Shown one piece after another: positions 27,928 to 64,000 of a DNA stretch of 64,000 nucleotides (the stretch's first letter is position 1; each line of letters starts with the position of its first letter). The position numbers and the translations under genes are program-made. The DNA comes from Eledone cirrhosa (taxonomy: Eukaryota), in assembly GCA_964016885.1 (NCBI GenBank), contig OZ024755.1, positions 1,860,001 to 1,924,000 on the forward strand. Reading direction: 5' to 3'. The notes beneath the pieces were generated by a model that saw nothing but the letters and a program-made list of their open reading frames with translations, searched no databases and was not told the origin of the DNA.

Positions 27928-28135
27928 CTGTTACTATGGAGTTTCTCCCTGTTACCATGGAGTTCCCTCCTGTTACTATGGAGTTCCCCTTATTATTATG
28001 GTGTTCTCCCTGTTACTACGGAGTTTCCCACAGTTACTACGGAGTTTCCCACTGTTACTATTGTGTTCCCCCTGTTACTATGGAGTTTCCCACTGTTACT
28101 ATGGAGTTCCCCGTTGTTACTATCGAGTTTTCCCA
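27928..28135. repeat. ~21-bp tandem repeat
   Basis: Unit ctgttactatggagtt(t)ccc(a), about 9 copies. Confidence 0.85.
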
Positions 28136-29359
28136 GATAGTTAAAGCTTTTAACTGCCCGAGGAACCTGTAGAACAGAGAGGAAACTCCAGATATTTATA
28201 AGTATTTGACTGCGATACTTCTCTTTTTTAGGATGGACAACTTTTTGTAGACACGTGACTGCTGACACGTGATACGATATAAGATTTCATTTTGTATTAA
28301 TTTTTCTGAAATTTTGTATTTGTTGCTCACAAAAATTTGTCACGGCCAAAAATACCCCCCCCCCCAAGGTTTATCGCTTATAAGGATGGAAAGCTCCATA
28401 ACACAAATGGGATGGTCATATCTGGAATGTCCTCTATTATACAGCTGTTAAACATACATAATGACTTGTCTATATAACCACACCGTTGTTTGAAGGAAGT
28501 GTGTACTTTGGTGAATGTTAACACTTAACAGTATACTTTGTCTATATACACACATATATACCAACACACACACATACACACACTCACACATATATACCAA
28601 CATACACATACACACACTCACACATATATACCAACACACACACATATATACCAACACACACATACATACACAGACACACACTCCCACACAAACATCATGT
28701 GACATTTAAGTCCTAACCTCCACTTGGCCTACGTCCCTCAATAATGACAGTAACTGATGAGTAGTAGTGGTAGTAGTAGTATTAGTGTTGGTGGTGGTTG
28801 TGGTAGTACTGGTGGTAGTGGTAGTAGTAGTAGTGGTAATAGTGGTGGTGGTGGTAACAGCAGCTGTAGTAGCAGCAGCAGTAGTAGTATTAGTGCTGGT
28901 GGTGGTTGTGGTGGTAGTAGTAGTAGTAGTAGTAATGATTTCAAGGACAATAATTTGAGGTAGGGTAAAGTTGATTCTATCGACCCCAGTATTTGACTGG
29001 TACTTTAATGAATCAAAGTTGACCTGGGCCGGATTTGAACTCAGAAGTCAAAGATCTATAACTAAATGCTGCAAGTACACCTTAATTAACTCTAACCTGA
29101 ACGCTAATAATATGCAAATTAGTACATCCATTTCAGGATATTACTATAAGTTATTGTGAATAGATGATCACCATGTTTTCTGATGAAGGCTCAATTGGGC
29201 TTGAAAACCAGTTAAAGGTGTTTAGCATGTTTTCAATTTACAGGGAAATACTTGTATTATTTGCCATGTTTACATGTGTAATGTTATCTAGACATGTCTA
29301 ATTTTATATACACACCAACATGTTACTTCTATTCTGTATATATACAGATATAAGTTGAT

Positions 29360-29418
<59 letters not shown>

Positions 29419-30624
29419 GTTTCTACTTTTGGCACAAGGTCAGCAATTATCCAGTGTATTACTGGTACTTTATTTTATCGACCCCGTAAGGATGAAAGGC
29501 AAAGTTAACCTCGGCGGGATTTGAACTCAGGTTAATTTTGCCTTTCATCCTTACGGGGTCGATAAAATATATATATAATGAAATAAAATAACAAGGACGA
29601 TTGGTTACTCCTGCATTACGTTTATTGGTTGGTGATGCGCGTTTCGCCACTGATCAGCTCAAGGTTCGATCTGTATCGATCTGACCTGACTCTGTAATCC
29701 GTGGCTCGTCAGGCCCCTTACAATGGTAATGGAAAAATGAATCACTATAATACACTCTGTCTAGCTCTACACCTCGACACTGAAGTGAACTTAAACAAGG
29801 AGTGCTCACCTGGGTGAACCTACAGTAACTCCAAGTTACACTCCCTGGATATATATATATAACATTCTACATAAATATGTATAATTAATTAAACCCTTCT
29901 CCTCTCCACCCTCACCATCTTTATCTTTTCGTACTTTTAGTTTTTCAAGACATCCATTCTAGCCAATTCTTTTATTTTTTACTTTTCTTTTTAATTATTT
30001 TGTTCCTATATATATTTACATATTTCCTCTTCTCCAAGGAACCCTTCAAGACATCTAGAAGTACCTCTGCAGGAAATTATACTAAGTCCATCTACTTCAC
30101 GTACACCTACTTCCACTAAACACTTATGTATTTCCTTCTCCTTATATAGATAAAGAAAGCAATATATATATAGTAGACGTATGAATGGGCCTTTGTATCA
30201 AAATAATAGGTCTATTGTTGCCAGTGTGCCCTTGTGGCCCAAACAAGAAGACATTGTTAGACTTTTAAAAGTATTTCAACTTTTTTAAAAATCAAATTTT
30301 AATCCATTTTCTACACAAGGTCCTTGATCTTGCATTCGTTTTATATAAGTTTGGCCAGTATCTCACATATTGTAACCCTTGTGCTTTTGATATTTGTTGT
30401 AGTATTGTATGTAGGGTTAGATTTAGACATTCGGGGGGCTGGGGCACTTCAGGTTTGTGGAGAGGAAAGGGGGGAGGGGGGCTCATACAAAAAAATTAGA
30501 ATGCACAGCAAACCTCACAGTTTTACATGTCAAAGTTAGCTTGGTGCAAATAATTGGAATTGAAAAGTTATACATACAGGTGTTAAATGCAAACATTCTA
30601 ACCCTAACCCTAAACCTCTGCTGG

Positions 30625-30785
30625 CTTTGAACTGGACATATACCATTGAATTATATTTTATCAAGAACTGTTGGTAGAGAATCACCTCTATGTTCTTGTG
30701 GTGACTTCCCAGAAACTCTGTGGCACTATTTGTTCTAATGTAAAACCTATCAGTCTGAGAGAGAGGACATCTTGAAGTCGACCAT
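30625..30785 (+). mobile_element. LINE C-terminal CCHC zinc-knuckle fragment (I/Nimb/R1-like)
   Basis: TGHIPLNYILSR...SPLCSCGDFPETLWHYLF*CKTY. Confidence 0.65.
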
Positions 30786-31202
30786 TAAAAAAAATACCAA
30801 GATTGTAGATACAATATATTGTAAAAGATCTCCCAACTATAAACGAAATCTTTGGGTACATGGAGGTTATAATACTGACCTTTTAAAACTAGACACTATA
30901 ATATCTACTTGGCATGTTTAACCCAGGGGTCTCAAACATGCCACCCCCAAACTTCTGTGGCTCGTGGCAGAACTATTTTCATGATTAATATTTTCCTAAA
31001 ATTGGTAATTTGCCCCTACTATTGCAACAACAATAACTGCAGCAGCAGCAGCTCTAAAATTGGTTTATTTAGTTTCACTGTAACTTAACTTTAATCCAAT
31101 TAGCTGGACCATATTCTACTTATTCTCTTTAATATCTCTTATTGTAGCTCTCCACCACCTCTTCCCCCACCACAATACTCCATACACACCCCATACCACC
31201 AT

Positions 31203-31234
<32 letters not shown>

Positions 31235-31942
31235 GGACGACACTAAACATTCCTTTAAAAATATTTCTGCTATTCTTTGTCATTAAATTTAACGTTAATG
31301 TAATACTTCGTCCTACACACGTGACTATACACAGACGCACACACACACACACACACACACACACCTCCTGCTCCACGAATCACTGGTATCAGGGAAGGAT
31401 GAAAAGCCATAAAATGGTGGGATTTGAACTCACAACTGTTCAATTACTTGTAAATATCTTTATTATAAAGTGATTGAAGACTCTGAAAGACGGCAAAAGA
31501 AGTTGCCATTGGCCTGGCAATTTCCTTTTCTGTTTTTAGGGGTCTTTTGTTCACTCAGCTGAAAATGAGTACCATCATCAGCAACAGGGAGTTAGCTTTG
31601 CGGCGAATTGTGTTCTCAGTTATTTAACACCAATGAAACCAGGATCAACTCCTGTCTGATAAGACTCTGAACTGCAAACTGCTGATTCTTCTATTATATC
31701 ATTTTATTCATGTAAAACAGAATCATGGAGGCGCATAGCCTTGTGGAAAGGGTGTTGGACTTACAACCATAATGTCGTGGGTTTGATTCATTGAATGGGT
31801 TGTGTGTTGTGCTCCTGAGCAAAAAAACTCTTCATTTCACGTTGCTCCTGTATAAGCTGAAAATGGGTATCGGCTCCAAACAGACTTTAGAAACAGAAAA
31901 CAAAGAACAAAACATATACAAATACATAAATGTGTGTGTGTG

Positions 31943-32003
<61 letters not shown>

Positions 32004-32299
32004 CAGTATAAATAAATAGTTAATTTCTTTTTAAAATATATTTAGTTAACATAGTTTTTATCATGCGCATTGTTAGACTTAAAAATCAATTCATAAAGAA
32101 TTTCAATAAATAAATAGTTCAGAGTCTAAAGTCTGTTTGGTTCAGGGTACATTTTAGTTATTTCTGGTAGAGGAAAGAATTTGTTCGTTCGCTGGAATGT
32201 TTGTAGAATGACTTGGTCACACGTTCAAAAATAGTCATTCTAAAGCCAGGAAATACAGCCTGTATTTCTAATTTAATAAAAATTGGTTACTGGCACTCA

Positions 32300-61459
<29,160 letters not shown>

Positions 61460-61559
61460 CCTGATTCTGGGACTTATAGAACTCAATACATCACAGATGT
61501 TCTGGTATGTTCTCTTCTAGTCTCTCCACCGATCTCTCACTCTCTCTTTCACTCTTTAT

Positions 61560-62030
61560 TGGCCTCACTTGGTTTCTCCTGACCTCACTTAGTCTCTCCT
61601 GGTCTCTCCTGACCCCACCTGGTCTCTCCTGGCCTCACCTGGCCTCACCTGGTCTCTCCTGGCCTCACCTGGCCTCACCTGGTCTCACCTGGTCTCTCCT
61701 GGCCTCACCTGGTCTCTCCTGACCTCACTTGGTTTCTCCTGGCCTCACCTGGTCTCTCCTGGCCTCACTTGGTTTCTCCTGGCCTCACCTGGTCTCTCCT
61801 GACCTCACTTGGTCTCTCCTGGCCTCACCTGGTCTCTCCTGGCCTCACCTGGTCTCTCCTGACCTCTCCTGACCTCACCTGGTCTCTCCTGGTCTCACCT
61901 GGTCTCTCCTGGCCTCACCTGGTCTCTCCTGGCCTCACCTGGTCTCTCCTGACCTCACTTAGTCTCTCCTGGTCTCACTTGGCCTTTCCTGGACTTACTT
62001 GGTCTCTCCTGACCTCACTTGGTCTCTCCT
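61560..62030. repeat. 10-bp-unit tandem repeat upstream of the putative first coding exon
   Basis: Units ggtctctcct / ggcctcacct / gacctcactt. Confidence 0.9.
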
Positions 62031-62177
62031 CTTCTTTCCTAGCCTCTTCAGTCTTCAATGGTCTCTCCTCTTCCTTCCAATCACTTCTCCTAATCTCTCT
62101 TTATCTTTGATTAACCTAATCACATCTGCTCCACCATCTCCGTCTATCTGTCACTAAGTCCCCCCCTCTTACAAAAG

Positions 62178-62216
<39 letters not shown>

Positions 62217-62422
62217 ATGTCTACACAAGTCCCTCTCTTCTTCTCTCTGTTTCACCCTCTTTCTCTGTCACCAAGTCCCACACTCTCTCTCCCTGTCTCC
62301 CTGTCTACACAAGTCTCTCTTCCAGTGTCATTTGTCTCTCCTCTCAGTGGTGACTTCTTTCTTTGTTTATCCCAGTCAGTTGCTAGTGTGGTGACTCTGA
62401 ACTGGACTGGACTGGACTGGAC

Positions 62423-62498
<76 letters not shown>

Positions 62499-62798
62499 AG
62501 GCACAGAGAGATGGAGAGAGAAATATTAAACTGGACTGGATGTAGGGGGGAGTAGAATGATGGCGAGAGGAGGCAGAGAGTAGAAGAGGTATGTAGGTAA
62601 TCAAGAGAGTGATAGTAAGAGAGAGAGAGTAGAGGGAGTAGGAGTGTAATATTTGTCTGCTGTGATTTCTCTCCTTCCAACTCCGGATATGAAGGAAACC
62701 TGGACATTGCAGCTTTGATGTGGGTTCCCTCCTGCTGCTGTGTGTATGTCATATACACATACATATATATACACACATATATATATATATACATATAC

Positions 62799-62831
<33 letters not shown>

Positions 62832-62903
62832 CATATATACATACTCTTTTACCTGTTTCAGCCATCCGGCTGAGGCCATGCTGGGGCAGTCATACATACA
62901 TAC

Positions 62904-62977
<74 letters not shown>

Positions 62978-63092
62978 TACATATATATCATACATACATA
63001 TATATATATCATACATACATATATATACACACATATATATACACATATATATATATATACACATATATATATACATATATATATATATACAC

Positions 63093-63124
<32 letters not shown>

Positions 63125-63150
63125 CATACATACATATATATATATCATAC

Positions 63151-63239
<89 letters not shown>

Positions 63240-63314
63240 CATACATACATATATATATACACACACACACACATATATATATATATATCATACACATAAA
63301 TATATATAATATAT

Positions 63315-63362
<48 letters not shown>

Positions 63363-63804
63363 TACACATAAATATATATAATATATATATATATAATACA
63401 TACACATATATACACACTTTGCCTTGAATTAGGAACATGTAGTCACATGTCTTGGGCTGCTGCTGTTGTTACTGTTGTTGTTGTTACTGTAGTTGTTGTT
63501 ACTTGGTAGGAGTGCTGAGACAAGTGGTATGCAGTGGACCATAGTAGTATAGCAACAACAATAATAATAGCAACAACAACAATAACATAGCAACCATATC
63601 AACATAATGGAAGAGATGTTGATATGAAACTGGTGAATCTCACAGAGAGAGGAGAAAGAAGTATTACGTGTAACACACACATACACTCACACACACAAAC
63701 TCACATATACACATATATATATACATATATACATACACACACACACATTATACATGACATATATAGAAAGAGACATACATATCCAACTGTCCCTCTCTCT
63801 CCAC

Positions 63805-63885
<81 letters not shown>

Positions 63886-64000
63886 GTGTCGTGAATTTTG
63901 TAAAAGATTTGGCAGAGTACTCAATCCAATGGATGAGATGTAATACACAAAATTTGATTACATTCACTTTCATCTGTCGATTACGTGTATTTCACTGGGG

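Noticed and set aside
30598-30616. (CCCTAA)n telomere-like repeat
   Set aside because: Only 2-3 units, which is uninformative.

Overview
Eukaryotic, AT-rich, microsatellite-saturated animal DNA. The repeat landscape suggests an octopus or other coleoid cephalopod; this is an inference, not verified. Most entries in the ORF track are artefacts of simple and tandem repeats. Two real genes were reconstructed by hand, both on the minus strand. (1) A 21-coding-exon EF-hand + WD40 gene of the WDR49/EFCAB8/WDY family at about 61459->32300. All exon phases are compatible, the CDS is 3738 nt (about 1245 aa), and one exon carries a TTSNQ-repeat/polyQ block. (2) The first coding exon of a CNRIP1 (CRIP1a) homologue at 13338->13172, absent from the ORF track. 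The rest is mobile-element debris (RTE, CR1/L2 and zinc-knuckle LINE fragments, tRNA-derived SINEs, TA- and TTAA-type MITEs, a Penelope-like ORF fragment) plus many minisatellites. The most notable signal is a dispersed ~200-bp non-coding element next to (TA)n tracts. It carries a minimal type I hammerhead ribozyme motif (TCTT-CTGATGA-A-GGAC-N4-GTCC-GAAACGTT-AAGA) in five copies, three of them sense within introns of the WD40 gene. Several fold-back palindromes typical of Penelope-like element/retrozyme insertions accompany it.
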